A stretch of DNA of 61,761 bases, the filler included, from Globobulimina sp. (Eukaryota), in assembly GCA_003354225.1 (NCBI GenBank). It is 23 parts of 23 records of this genome, joined end to end, with 100 filler letters (N's around TTAATTAATTAA, not from the genome) between each part and the next. Parts side by side here need not be neighbours in the genome. Positions count along the whole stretch, not along the records: positions 10,773 to 13,365 come from PIVH01005834.1; positions 13,466 to 16,057 come from PIVH01005835.1; positions 16,158 to 18,749 come from PIVH01005836.1; positions 18,850 to 21,440 come from PIVH01005837.1; positions 21,541 to 24,131 come from PIVH01005838.1; positions 24,232 to 26,822 come from PIVH01005839.1; 17 more parts are not named here. The stretch is one strand, 5' to 3'. The notes beneath the pieces are model-generated. The model saw only the letters and a list, made by a program, of their open reading frames with translations. It was not told the DNA's origin and ran no database searches. Shown here one piece after another: positions 11,123 through 24,277 of the stretch. Position 1 is the stretch's first letter. Each line of letters begins with the position of its first letter. Both the position numbers and the translations under genes were made by a program.

Positions 11123-12833
11123 ATGTCTTCGCTCCGCACCAAACCTATGGGGATAGCCACAGATTTCAATGGAAAGGCAACAAAATTCTCATTATGTGCA
11201 TGTCGTTCAGATCATATTCAAGCATTTTGGACAACGACTATCTCAATGTTTCTATGCTATGTCGTATGGTTTACAAACTTAAATCTGCTCACATGGATCC
11301 AACAAGATATTCAGTTGACCTCTACACATATAGCAATCACCAAATCTGTCCTAACCATATCCAACATTGTCTCTCGTGTAATCATCGGCGATTTATGCGA
11401 TAAAATAGGACCCCGCTATGCCTACCTTTTGATATTAATCGTGAGTTTCATCCCTGTTTGTTTTTTATCATTTATTTCAAGTTCATTTGGGTTTATTTTA
11501 TGTAACTTATTCATTGGAATCATTGGCTCATCCTTTGCTATCACAGAATATCATACCACCGCATTCTTTGTCGATCGTCTCATTGGTTTGGCTCAGGGCA
11601 CTGCTGCCGGCTGGGGCAATTTTGGAGGTATTTTTACCTGTTTTCGCATGCGACGTTAATGTGTTTCTCCACTCATAATTATTAATAACATATACAGCTG
11701 GCTGTGCTGCATTGGTCATGCCGCTGTTGGCGAGCTATGGCGTGAGTTGGAGGCATTTGACACTGAGTTCTGGCCTGATGCTGCTACTCCCGATGTTGCT
11801 CTATTACCGCGTGCAAGATTCACCCAAAGGACGTCTGCAAACTAAGCAGATCACAGTAGCCAAACTACTCAATTTCACCAATCTGTATTCGGTTATTCAA
11901 GACTATCGGACCTGGATTTTATTCATAGTCTATGCGCATTGCTTTGGCGTGGAACTGACAATCAACATTCACGCAGCACAGTATTATGTGCATCAGTTTG
12001 ATTCATCGCCGTTGTCAGCGGGAATACGCGTTTTCAGCTTCTCGTCTTTGAATTTGTTCGCGCGCTCTGTGGGCGGCTACGGCACGGATATGTTATACCG
12101 GAAATATGGCATTCAAGGCAGAGTGTACACGTTGTTTTTGGTGTTGCTCTCCGAGTCTATATTTTTGATGATTTTTGCCTTCGCTTCGTTCAATTTCGAT
12201 TTTTCAATGCTGATTATGATGTTGTTCAGTTTTTTTGTGCAATGCGCGGAGGGCATAACCTATGCGATTGTGCCCTTTGTGGCTCCCGACAAAATTGGTG
12301 CGATGTATGGCGTGGTGGCTGCCGGCGGCACATTTGGCTCATTTTTGTATAGTATGACCGTGTTTTGGTTTGCTGGCAACAGATTGAAATATCATTTTTC
12401 TTTCGTTATATTGTCAGTTTGCGTGGCAGCCACTTCATTTTTGACATTGTACATTAAGTTTACTGCCAAAGAGGTGCGTGCCGCTGATGAATTATTGAAG
12501 AATTTCTTGAAGCAACACAATATAAATGCGGCTGCACAAACTATTGAGAGCAATGATGGAATTGTCATGGTTTTGAATGGCGAGTTCGAGTTTGCGTCAG
12601 ATATCCAATTGGAAGCTACTGCAGCAACGGCACCATCGCATCCGCAACAAAACGTAGTTGGAACAGAGAAATTATTATTGGAAAAGAGTACGAGTTTACC
12701 AGCATTTAGCTCTGCTAATCGCAAATTAAAATTACTGCAATCAATGTCATTACCATCGAGATCGTCAAACAAATTCACTTTGAACAATATCAATGAACTT
12801 AGTGTGCCATTGCGTACAAGTCAAGAATTGTAA
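11123..12833 (+). CDS. NRT2: High-affinity nitrate/nitrite transporter (MFS, NNP family)
   Basis: GKATKF, AFW, GDLCDKIGPR, NNP signature G.A.G.AAGWGNFG, CFGVELT, NLFARSVGG, FVQCAEG.TYAIVPFV, G.V.AGG.FG. Intron 11628-11697. Confidence 0.93.
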
Positions 12834-13077
12834 TATTCAAAGTCATCCACCATAGCCCTTAAATTGTTGTTGAATTTATTTTTATTTTTGTGTCCTACTT
12901 TTTCGTGTGTTTCTTTTCGTGTACATTATTGTGATTAATTTTATTTGAAAAGTTGCGTTTTGGAATCTTTTGTCAATAATGTTACGCACTTATGTTGTAT
13001 GTCAGAATGTTGCGAGGTCGAAAGCTGATTTACGATGCATATGTCTGTTAGGTTGAATATAAAATTTTAATAAACAA

Positions 13078-13365
13078 TCACACGCACTCAAAAAGTAATA
13101 AATCTTGTTTATATCCATCAATATCACTTGTTTGTTGTATTGATATTTTTATTTTTGGATATTTAATATTTAATGATGATGCAATTGATGAATATACATA
13201 AAATAACCAACTTCGTCTATCTCCATAAGTTCTATCCTTCCAAATCCCATATAATGAACACTTGATTTTATTTGTTTTTCTTGTTTCACTTAAAATATCC
13301 AATAAACCACATAATGAAAATTGATATGAATAATATCCAGCACCACTTGTACATTGAATAATAAT
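13078..13365 (-). CDS. 3' fragment of a hypothetical protein
   Basis: The frame stays open to the contig end; no recognisable motif. Confidence 0.35.
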   Translation of the reverse strand: MIIQCTSGAGYYSYQFSLCGLLDILSETRKTNKIKCSLYGIWKDRTYGDRRSWLFYVYSSIASSLNIKYPKIKISIQQTSDIDGYKQDLLLFECV

Positions 13366-13752
13366 NNNNNNNNNNNNNNNNNNNNNNNNNNNNNNNNNNN
13401 NNNNNNNNNTTAATTAATTAANNNNNNNNNNNNNNNNNNNNNNNNNNNNNNNNNNNNNNNNNNNNATCTTGCGCGAAGAGGTTTTATTTGGCAAAAACGC
13501 GCCGTGCCCCAACTGCGGCATTGCTGGTCATTGGGCGATAAATGTACATAGACATAATCAACATTATGCTTATGCTTTAATGATAAATTGATTAATCCCT
13601 TTAAGCCATGGCCACCATTCAACTGTTCATCATTCATTGCATTCAACTAAAATATTAAAAAGAATTATTTCATAGATTATGAAATTTATCGTTGCTATTA
13701 ATGTCATGCAATCAACTGAGACATTCAAAAATAGATTTGATAAACAATACAA

Positions 13753-16057
13753 ATGTCTGAGACGTCGACTGTCGATATGAAGGATCAAATGTTAATTAAG
13801 TTTATTGAACAACAGCGAAGCAGTGACAGTGATCAAGCAGAGATCCAATCGCTTCAAAATGATTTAACTCTCTCAATCGCAGCATTTCGAAGCGCAGATC
13901 TACAAAAAAATAAATCATTACAAGAGAAAGCTGCAGAAAACCATCTATTACAAAAACAAATTGCTGAATTACAATTGAATCAAAATAATAGAGATACCGT
14001 TTGTGTGTTAAATGAATTATTGGATGCGGTTGAATTGAAAACAAAAACATTAAACGAAGATAAATGCACTGGAAATAGTACTGTAGATATTGTGAATCAA
14101 CGAATAAAACAACGAATACAGAACATGATTGAAAGGGAAATTGTATTAACTGATATTGATACAAATGGAATATTGGACATGCTTCAACAACAAATTAACG
14201 ACAAAAATGCATCAGTCAGTTGTGTAAAATTCAGAATAAAAGGAATTGTTTCGAGGGGAATTGGTGATAAGTTAGATATGGATAATATTAATGACATAAA
14301 CCAAATGATAGATATTATTGAAAATCAATTGCAAATAAATGATAATCTGAAATCTAAATCAAATCTGACAATTTCTGAATTTTTCGATTTTGAATCGATT
14401 GAAAACATACAAAAAATTGTTGAACAGAGTCAGAAAGAAAGTGATAAATTAAAGATTAATAAATATGAAGATTTAAAAAAAGAAATGAAAATATTAAAAA
14501 AGGAATTTGATAAATATATAAATGAGATACAGATGAAACACAAATTACACAATACAGAAATAACAGAATATGACGTTATGGATTTTAAACAAGCATTAAA
14601 TTATTTGATTGAAACAACAAAACAAGTGCTTGATATCTATGAAAATGATTTAAGACAAAAACGAGCGGAAATACGCACATTATCCAATGCGTTGAATGCA
14701 ACTAAACAGGACATAACAAGCTATGATGAAAGAATAAAGATAATTATTCAACATAAAGCCGATGAGATTGGATCAAATGAATTGAATTCGATTGAATTAT
14801 TGAATAGATTGGAAGAACAAATCACAAATAAACAGAAAAACATTCATATTTTGTCCATGTCAGATACAACAGCCACACACATTAAATCAAGCAGACAGCA
14901 ACAGATAAAACAACAAATTAATAATAAACCTAAAAGTATAAAACTTTCTATTTCAGAGCTCACAGATATTAAAATTAAATCAGTTGTTCAACCGAAATGC
15001 ATTGGCGGTGAGTTATTGGATGAATTATTGAATAATATTTCTCCAGAAACCAGCACTAGTATTACGCCACAAACAATTGCGGTTAGTAACGAATATAACA
15101 TAGATTTGAGGGACCAACTCACAAACATACAAACTGTGTATGATGACAAAAGAATTAGTTTGCAGAAAGTTATTGTTGTTGAGATGCATAAATATGAGAA
15201 GAGAATAGAAACATTAACACATCAAATCAAATTATCTCAAACGACTCTGTCACAGCAAAGCGTAAATAATTCTGCCAATGCACAAAAAGTAGAAAAATTA
15301 ATGGAAAGAATTGGCGATCTGGAGATTGAACATGACGACAAAATGCATGAATATGATAACAAAATGGGAACATTATTGCAGCAAATTGAAAAATATGAAA
15401 CAGAAATAATATCTTCAAAACATACGACATATAATAATAATGTTGGAGATGAACTATATAAAGAATTGCAACAACAATATAATGAATTAAGGGCTAAGTA
15501 TAAGGAAATACAAAATGAATTACTGCGTGTTCCTGTTTCTAAATCTACAAAAAACAAAAATATATCAACTGAGATGGATCCGACAAAGCTTGAAATGGAA
15601 AATAAAGAATTGCGACAAAGATTAAGTGATATTGATACAGAACTAGTGAAACATGCATATGAGCTCGATTTAGAAGAAAAATACAGAAATCTTCAGAAAG
15701 AATATTTAAGATTACAAACAGACAAACAGTCAACAGATACAATTGTTACATTACATAAGCAATTGCAGGAAAAGGAAAATGATGCAAAAATTATAGCGAT
15801 TAAGCAGTGTTTAATCGGAATATTAGAGGGTGAGATTGATAACGATTCAAAAGTATATGGAGGAATTGATGATTATTCCATTTCCTGTTTGGAATTATTG
15901 GCAAAATTGAAGGAAATTATAGATGTTAAACAAAAAGAAATTGATAAATATATAATTATAAATAAAGAATTGAAATGGGATAATTATAAACATAGAAATG
16001 AAATTGTTGAGCAAAATCATGATGATAAGGAAATAAATATGTTATATGGTCAAATTG
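13753..16057 (+). CDS. Long coiled-coil protein (3' truncated)
   Basis: More than 760 aa of Q/E/K/L-rich heptad-like sequence. Confidence 0.8.
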
Positions 16058-16157
16058 NNNNNNNNNNNNNNNNNNNNNNNNNNNNNNNNNNNNNNNNNNN
16101 NTTAATTAATTAANNNNNNNNNNNNNNNNNNNNNNNNNNNNNNNNNNNNNNNNNNNN

Positions 16158-16531
16158 CTTTCGGGTCAACACGCAATTCATTATAAAATGTATGGTGCCA
16201 TATCTTTTCCTTTTTGGTTGTATGTAGTTTGGTGTTTTGCTCGAAAGGAGAAATTGAAATTAAATATATAAAAATATACCATATCATCCCAACTGGTAAC
16301 GATTCCATGTTCGATTGGATATTTTAATGATAAAATGCCCCGTTTTGCTTGAGCTTCGTCGCCAACATAAATGTCTTTGTTGCCCATACCAACCATTCCT
16401 AATTTATGGCGTGGCCGACCCACAATGGCTGGGAATACTGTTCGCGGAGCATCGTCGCCAGCAAAGCCAGCCTTGATCATTCCCGAACCATTATCCAATA
16501 CTACTGCTACTCCGTCGTTGCCGTAACTCAT
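16158..16531 (-). CDS. ACT: Actin, 5' part
   Basis: [20 protein letters not shown]...[22 protein letters not shown]...[18 protein letters not shown]. Intron 16210-16279. Confidence 0.97.
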
Positions 16532-16632
16532 GCTTTAATTTCAAGCTGTTGTTTGTGTGAGAATTGAGAAAAAGAAGTGAGTGGAGTTTAATGTGTTTAG
16601 ATGTGAGTTTTTTTTTTGATTTTTCTGTCACT

Positions 16633-17751
16633 TTACTTTACGGGCCATATACTAATGGACTTATTCCATAATTGATGCTTATATTTATTTATCAAACCTT
16701 TTGTTTTCTCACTTAATTCCAGATATAAACCATTTGTATGATATCCACCGTTTACTAAATATTTCTCATTATCAATATCACAATGAACCGCATGCAATAC
16801 CTGAATGGCGCCTTGTTTTGCAGACAATAATGCAAATAAATACCATTGCACATAAAAGAATTTTATTTTCCAATCAGTCCACAAAAAATCAGTATTCACG
16901 AATCCAGGATGAACGCAAGTAACACATAAATAATTTACTGTATTTTCATAATTATCGCTGATGTATTCATGCAATTTACTTATAAACATAATTGCGGCCA
17001 ATTTAGTGCTCGCATATAACCCAACGCCATTTGTATGAACTTTGGCATTCACATATGAAGCATCCATAAAATATTCGATATCTGCCGCTGTCCCATCGCA
17101 ATGAGCGAAGCTATTCACGTTTACAATGCGTCCATATTTATATTTTTTGCTTATTTCAACAATATGATCCAACAAAGATAAGGTCAGATAAAAAGGTGAT
17201 AAATAATTTATTTGCCACATAAGATTCATATTATCCGCACCCGCACAAAATGAATTATTTGCATCAATATTAATATCAGAGACAGCAGCATTATGTATCA
17301 ATACATTACATTCTATATTCAAAGAAAAAAACGTTTCTAAAAAAGCATCGACAGATTGCTTTGATCCTAAGTCTAATTTTACAAACAGTAATTTGCCATT
17401 ATTCTTTCCGTATTTATTGCCAATATCCGATAACGTATTAATTGCTTTGTTCGCTTTTTTCTCATTTCTGCACGCAATTATTACATTACATCCACTCAGC
17501 ATTAAATCTTTGGCAATCTCAAACCCAATTCCTCGATTCGCACCGGTCACGATTGCATATGTATTGCCATTCCATTCTTTTTTATGTGCTAATTTTGGAC
17601 GGCAATATATCGAGTTATTAATGATAGAGCCAACAGACCAGGCCATCAACGATGTAATTCCAAAATAAATGCCACTGCCTATAATGAGTGTTTTAGAGAG
17701 TTGCGATAAATTCACCCAATACTTTTTCAGATACTCTTGGAACACAAACAT
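16633..17751 (-). CDS. Short-chain dehydrogenase/reductase (retinol dehydrogenase/WWOX-like)
   Basis: TGANRGIG, IIACRN, LIHNAA, catalytic YASTK, VHPGFVNT, N-terminal TM helix. Confidence 0.92.
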   Translation of the reverse strand: MFVFQEYLKKYWVNLSQLSKTLIIGSGIYFGITSLMAWSVGSIINNSIYCRPKLAHKKEWNGNTYAIVTGANRGIGFEIAKDLMLSGCNVIIACRNEKKANKAINTLSDIGNKYGKNNGKLLFVKLDLGSKQSVDAFLETFFSLNIECNVLIHNAAVSDINIDANNSFCAGADNMNLMWQINYLSPFYLTLSLLDHIVEISKKYKYGRIVNVNSFAHCDGTAADIEYFMDASYVNAKVHTNGVGLYASTKLAAIMFISKLHEYISDNYENTVNYLCVTCVHPGFVNTDFLWTDWKIKFFYVQWYLFALLSAKQGAIQVLHAVHCDIDNEKYLVNGGYHTNGLYLELSEKTKGLINKYKHQLWNKSISIWPVK

Positions 17752-18104
17752 AGCAACAAAAGAGTTTTGTGATGGACGGGTGGATTGGAACTAAAATCAA
17801 TAATATTTTCACAAGTTGTCAAAAACGTTCGAGTCATCACAACTAATAGGCCGTAGCAAACCTTCCGGCTTTCAGAACGTTACTGTATTTACAAACTTAT
17901 TTTGCATTAGGTCCTAGGTTCATTTCATTCGTAAGAACTTGTTAGTAGAAAATGGAATTAATATTTGTTTTCCATGCATAATATTACAAAGTCCATTTCT
18001 ACTACGCTGAAAACTGTCGACCCTGAAAACTCCTTTATATCATTGGTTCGTGTAGCAACCCCCAACCAATCGGATAGACGTCAACAGAAACAGAGATCAG
18101 TCAA

Positions 18105-18749
18105 ATGACTCATCAATTCTCCGATGATAAGGTGCTAGAATTTAAAGAAGCATTTGATGAATGGAACACAGACGGCAATGCACATTTAGATCAAAAGGAA
18201 ATGGTCGATGCAATGGGTAACTTAGGGGTTGATGTAAATCAATTGGGAGATATGTTACAACAAGTTACGTTTGCCCAAAACCAAAAAACATTCTTTTTTT
18301 ATCTTATTTTATTGCTTTAATTTCCAATGCCCCGCAGGTTGACGCCAATAACGACGGAAACATTGATTTTGGAGAGTTTCTGGGCGCAATGTGGATGGTA
18401 CAAAGTTCAGGAGATAGCTCTGGCTTTGCCAACATGGTGAAAAAACAAGTCGAATTAATAGCGATCCAGACGGCGTCCGGCGGCGTTAAAAGCTATTCTC
18501 AGGACGAGGTCACTGCCTTTGCCAACCATTTAAATTACTGCTTAGGCGATGACCCCAAATTAAAGTATTTGATGCCAATCAATCCCAACAATTTAGATTT
18601 AATGAAGAAATGTGCCGACGGCGTCTTAATTGCGCGCTTTATCAACATGATCGAGCCCGACACCATCGATTGGCGCGCTGTCAATTATAAAAGAAAAGGC
18701 GGCTTAAATCAATATCATGTCATCGAAAACCAAAATTTAAACATCGCCG
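18105..18749 (+). CDS. Fimbrin/plastin (EF-hands plus first CH domain), 3' truncated
   Basis: EF-hands (FKEAFDEWNTDGNAHL; DANNDGNIDFGEF), SYSQDEVTAFANHLN, DGVLIARFINMIEPDTID, ENQNL. Intron 18264-18337. Confidence 0.92.
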
Positions 18750-19024
18750 NNNNNNNNNNNNNNNNNNNNNNNNNNNNNNNNNNNNNNNNNNNNTTAATTA
18801 ATTAANNNNNNNNNNNNNNNNNNNNNNNNNNNNNNNNNNNNNNNNNNNNGGTGACATGGTGCCTGGTCTCTGTTTTTGTATTTGACGATATATATTTATA
18901 CGTATACAGAACTAATTGAAAGGAAAAAATGTATTAATGAATTCATCCAATCCCATTAATTCATTATACAATTAAACAAGAAAAATTGACAATAGTTCAA
19001 TAGAAAGTGTTATTGTTTCAATAA

Positions 19025-20617
19025 CTAATATAATTTTGTCGCTTCGCGTATCCTTGAAAATTCCAAACGAAAAGCTTCAATCTCCACTTTGGTATCTTTA
19101 ATAGTTATAATTTTATTATTTATCAATTCCTCCACAAAAATACAAATATATCTCACCAATCTGGTCTGATGGAAAGGTTCCTTCGTATCCTCACACGTTT
19201 TAATGCAATGCGATATAAATTGCACAACATATATTTTCGGTATTTTTATCTTCATCGAAATTTGTTTGATCACATTTAACGTAACTAATGCATTTAAATA
19301 TTGATCCAACAAAGTTTTATTTTGCTTTTGTTTCAAAACAATAAAGATTTGAAGGGCAATCTTTGGATTATAAATACATAAAATATTTAATTGATTGCAT
19401 GCTATTTTTATATGTTGATTTAGTTTCATATCATTGATAATAATTAATTGTTGCTGTGGATTTAATTCTTTTTTCAAAGCAAATTCAACCAACTCATTAA
19501 TATTACTTTTTATGTCCATTCCTTTGCATTCATCCGCGGCCAATGCATTGTCACTCAATTTCCTGTCCATTGAGCTTTGCGTAGAGCCATCCCAAATTAA
19601 TTGCGGCTCCACGCCCAACAATGACCATTTTATCTCCTCTTTTTTGAAAGGAATAATAAACGGCGGCGGTGGCCGTACAATCTCTGGGTCAAAAGTAGCA
19701 TAATTATTAAACTCCAAATTGAGCGACAAATCACTGATCACATTGTCGTCCACAGCAAAAGGCGCCAATTTCAAATCTAAATTCAAATCATAATCTCGGA
19801 GTATCGGGTTTAAGCCAAGTGTTTTTAGCGGCGAGTAACCAAAATTCTTATTATGTCGCGAGGAGATTAATTGTTCGACGCCTCCGAAATCAGGCCATTT
19901 CTCCAGTTTTTTATTGATCAATTTGTCACAATAAACCTTTGTAAACTTAACTGCCGACATTTTACTAATTACATCGATGTCGCGATTAAATAGTAATTTC
20001 ACAATGAACTCAGCCTCGATTTTGTCACATAACGGACCGAAGCGTTTGCTTAATCTGCTATTGATATTATCAATGTTGTCATCATCGAAGTCGTCATCAT
20101 CCATCTCATTGGCATCGATATCGATGTCTGCCGCTTTGGTGTCAGCCTCATTGTTATTGTCATTGTCTTTGTTTTCGTCCTCCTCAGTGTCGGTATCATC
20201 CGTTGCGTTGTCATTGTCAGGACAATGATCGATTATTTCCATAAAATGAGGTAAAAATGGATGATGTCCAATGGCTTTGTGACAATATAAATTGTACACT
20301 AAATACAATGCAATTAAACGTTGCAATGGTTTAAAAAAACCGTGATTTATTACTTTGTTGGCAGGGATTTGTAGTCTGCGCTGTGAGTTAAATCTATCAT
20401 TTAATAAAGTGATTAATGTGGAGGCTAATAAAAATCGAAAATGTTCATTTGATTTTGATTCATCATCATCTCCATTATTAATATTCAAATCCAATTCGCG
20501 ACTAAATGACGATGTAAATTCTTCTGAAATAGATAGAAATGACTTTTTGTAATAAGATTCAGCAAATACTAACATCATTCGACGAAGTTCATCCACTGTT
20601 AAAGAATTGCCTGACAT
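19025..20617 (-). CDS. CNOT11: CCR4-NOT complex subunit 11
   Basis: QRLIALYL, HPF, PEIVRPPPP, C-terminal QTRLVRYICIFV..LI.NKII...EIEAF.LEFSRIREA.KLY. Confidence 0.9.
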   Translation of the reverse strand: MSGNSLTVDELRRMMLVFAESYYKKSFLSISEEFTSSFSRELDLNINNGDDDESKSNEHFRFLLASTLITLLNDRFNSQRRLQIPANKVINHGFFKPLQRLIALYLVYNLYCHKAIGHHPFLPHFMEIIDHCPDNDNATDDTDTEEDENKDNDNNNEADTKAADIDIDANEMDDDDFDDDNIDNINSRLSKRFGPLCDKIEAEFIVKLLFNRDIDVISKMSAVKFTKVYCDKLINKKLEKWPDFGGVEQLISSRHNKNFGYSPLKTLGLNPILRDYDLNLDLKLAPFAVDDNVISDLSLNLEFNNYATFDPEIVRPPPPFIIPFKKEEIKWSLLGVEPQLIWDGSTQSSMDRKLSDNALAADECKGMDIKSNINELVEFALKKELNPQQQLIIINDMKLNQHIKIACNQLNILCIYNPKIALQIFIVLKQKQNKTLLDQYLNALVTLNVIKQISMKIKIPKIYVVQFISHCIKTCEDTKEPFHQTRLVRYICIFVEELINNKIITIKDTKVEIEAFRLEFSRIREATKLY

Positions 20618-20675
20618 GACCTGTATAAAAGATCTTTTCTGAGTTTTTGCAGCTAGGAAAGCCAATATATATCAA

Positions 20676-21440
20676 ATGAGACACAGAAAACAAGCACTAT
20701 ATTTGCAAAGAAATATACACGGAACATTGTATAACCACGACCAGAATGGTTCGTGTTCAGCTAAACTAAAGAAAGTGTTATTTCTAGTCTCCATATCATT
20801 ATTCATAATTATTTGTATTTGGAGATCAATTGAGTTCATTGAACCAGGATCATATGCTGTTACATACATACTCAATGATCATGAAACAAGGAATACTCAT
20901 TACATAGCACAGAGAGCGAACAAACTCTTACAAAGTCACGCCAGAGGATATGGCTTGAATCATTTAAAGGATTTTTTCATATATCCACGCTTAAACACGT
21001 CTGTCAATATAACTGATCTTCCATCGACATTACAAACACACAAATTCTGCGGCTATAACGATGACTGTAGCGATGACGCATTGTGTCATTGTCCTGTGAA
21101 TGCCTCCGCATTTGGAGCAAAAAAGCGTTATCATTCAGTGGAATTTCCTGCAAATATGTATGAAAATGGATGGCAAACCCATTACAACATAGGATATCCA
21201 CCAGAGGTAAACACATCATTCATTTCAAATAATTCCGAGAATAAAATGCAAAAAGCATGGAAAGTATTTAATGAAAGGGCAAGTTTGGGTTTGTGTAATA
21301 ATTCGGCGGGAATGTGGGCTTTGTGGACCAAGCCCGGTTATCATAAATGTATGGCCGATTGTTGGGGAAAAATTGGAGTTTAAGCCAGGTACTTTGGTGT
21401 TGGATATGGGCAGTGGCTGCGGACATACTTTGATTGAATG
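20676..21440 (+). CDS. Type II membrane class I SAM methyltransferase-like protein, frameshifted near 21360 and 3' truncated
   Basis: N-terminal TM helix. SAM motif I (KPGTLVLDMGSGCG) lies in a different frame just after ORF 20676-21383. Confidence 0.6.
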
Positions 21441-21540
21441 NNNNNNNNNNNNNNNNNNNNNNNNNNNNNNNNNNNNNNNNNNNNTTAATTAATTAANNNN
21501 NNNNNNNNNNNNNNNNNNNNNNNNNNNNNNNNNNNNNNNN

Positions 21541-21800
21541 TGCCACCTAACGTAAACACACACAATCCATGATGCTACTTAACACATAAAATGCAGTCAT
21601 TCGCTGGTGCCAACGTAACAGGCTAACACACAAAATGCAGCAACTCCGTGCTTGGCAACTAACATAAACGCACCGAACCTGTGATGCTACTTAACACATA
21701 AAATGCAGCCGTTGACTGGCGCTCATTGAAGACACAAAAAGCTGCATCCCGATGCTTGCCACCTAACGTAAGTGGACATAATCACAAAATGCACTGAATC
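21541..21800. repeat. Degenerate tandem repeat of about 110 bp
   Basis: TGATGCTACTTAACACATAAAATGCAG occurs twice (about 21570 and 21682). TGCCACCTAACGTAA-like motif occurs three times. Confidence 0.75.
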
Positions 21801-23260
21801 CCAATGGTGTCATCATAATGAAATGATACATTGCCAACAATTATGTGCGAATGCAATAAAACTCATGGAATTACAGTGGTGACATGCATGAGCTGAATAA
21901 AACGTTTTATGTTGTTCCACATAATCACAGCGCTGGTACCTTGAATATCATAACAAAACATGTTTTAAAAAGCATACAAAGTTGAAAAAACAAAGTCATT
22001 TTGTGCAGTCCTTACAGAAGCAGGTACGCTAGTGCGAGTCCTGATAGTAATAACACTACATTCCACAACTGAGTTTTTTTAATGTAATAAAATAAGAGAG
22101 ATTATTTTTGGGGAAACATACCAACCATTGATTTGGTTGAGCAGTGAGAACTGGTTGTGATATGGCTGGTTGTAGCGGAGGAGATATAACTACCTGTAAT
22201 CCAATAATCTTTGTTCTGTTTATATAAAGCTGTTTCACAGACAGGCAGACAGAAAGATAGATAGAAATTTAACACATATCTGAATAAATGCAAGCAATCA
22301 GCAGGTAATACTCTGCTCTGTGTTTCTTACCAAGAAAGCATGATTAAAATGTTAAAAAGCTCATGTTTTTTACCACTAGTAAGTATTTGATTTTTTTAAT
22401 GGCAACTTGGTGCCAAAGATCAGAATGCTATTCATTTGGAAAACAAGGATAATAATGAGAGAGATAAGATAATTAAAAGATATAAATAGCAGGAATCATA
22501 TTTGGTTCTAAATACAGCTGAACCACGCGGATCAAGTGCGTTTTATGTGTTGCGTTTGCACAAACAACGAAATTCTAGCAGTGGGCTTTTGTGCATGTAT
22601 ATTATAAACAATAATTTTTTGTTTATGTTATTTTTGTTTTTGTGATCTGAAAGTGTGTGTATGTTTTTAAACTTTGAACATTCCAATAATTAATGTTAAA
22701 GATTGTATTATATTTTTCATCTGGTTTTGTGTTTTTAACATTCATATTAGAATGTTGTCTTTTAACATTTTATTTTTAACCCATTTTCCTTCCATAGATA
22801 CGAGATTCACTTATCAATGAAATGAATGAAACAATTAATTAAATAATTAAGTGACTAGTTTCGTCCACAATAGGACTGATTCACACTTTATAAACTTGAG
22901 TGAAAGAAAAAAACTGAAAGTTTCTTGATAAAAATTCAAAAAAACTTTGAGCTGTATCACAATCTGTGAAACATTATAAAAACACACACGAATACATCAA
23001 AAACACTATAATAAAAAGTAAAGAATAAAAACAAATGTAAAACGAATGTGCATATCAAAAAATAATCGAAATTTCAGATCTCAACAAATCAAAAACACAA
23101 AACTTAAATAATTAAATAAAAAAGAGACTAAAAAATCAAAATACTTTTTGTTTTTCATTGCAATTTTAAGAAAACATTAAGTAAAATAAAATTGTATCTA
23201 AAAACATAGAAAAAATGAAAAAATAAATAGGGAAAAAGCATAACTATAAACACATGATAA

Positions 23261-23640
23261 TTAATTCAAATATCTCATGAGTTTGTCATCGGTCTTATTG
23301 CAGATTGATAATTTTATCTTTTCCGCAAAATCTGGAGGCAAAATGCTTTTAAATTGTTTTAATATTTCTCTAAATCGATTATCGTCGTCAAATAACTGTT
23401 GATATATTTTCTTGAAATAAATCGTTTTAATCTCATCTTCAATATCGTCAATTTCTGAATATTTCTCTCTTAATAAATTTAATTTTTCGTCGTTTATAAA
23501 TTTATACTCTTCGCCCCATATATTTTCATCATAAACTTTTAAAACTTTTTGATAATATTTACGTAACCGATTTTCTTCCAATTTATCCAAATATTTGTCG
23601 ATTTTCTTCCAAATGCAAATTCCATTATTATATGAACATG
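23261..23640 (-). pseudogene. 5'-truncated coding remnant, hypothetical
   Basis: About 125 aa of K/E/D-rich open frame with no in-frame ATG; it abuts the minisatellite. Confidence 0.4.
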
Positions 23641-23672
23641 TAATAGGGGGCAACAGAGTTGCATTGCGGGGC

Positions 23673-23774
23673 GATAGACCCAGAGGCAAGATAGGCACAT
23701 AGGCAAGATAGACAGAGAGGCAAGATGGTTCCAGATGCAAGATTGATCCCGAAGCAAGATAGATCCAGAGGCAA
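23673..23774 (+). repeat. 17-bp minisatellite, 6 units (consensus GATAGAYCCAGAGGCAA)
   Basis: Invariant GCAA-GAT junction every 17 bp with a variable core. Confidence 0.9.
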
Positions 23775-24277
23775 GATGCAAGGGTTCAGGAAGACCGGTT
23801 CAAACACGCATAGTACAAGACAAAATTTAGGTTCTGTATGTTACGGTTTGCTGGAAGTTCAAAGCAAAGTACAAGTCTGTGGAAAAATTAAAATTTTAAA
23901 TTTTATCAAAGCAGAAAAAAAACACATGTCATTCAAAACAAATGTCTTGTATATTTTTAATTTTTCTTTGATTCAATATTTTATGCATCAACATCCATAT
24001 CCTCAACCCCATCGAACACTCTACTTAATAGATTTTCTTCAATCATTTCTTCAATAACTTCTTGATCACTTGAATGTTCACTCTCATCAATTATTGGTGG
24101 ATCACTATCATCTTCACTCGAATCATCAATTNNNNNNNNNNNNNNNNNNNNNNNNNNNNNNNNNNNNNNNNNNNNTTAATTAATTAANNNNNNNNNNNNN
24201 NNNNNNNNNNNNNNNNNNNNNNNNNNNNNNNCACGCGAATTCAACATAAAATATCTCAATGCATATTTAATGGTGTT

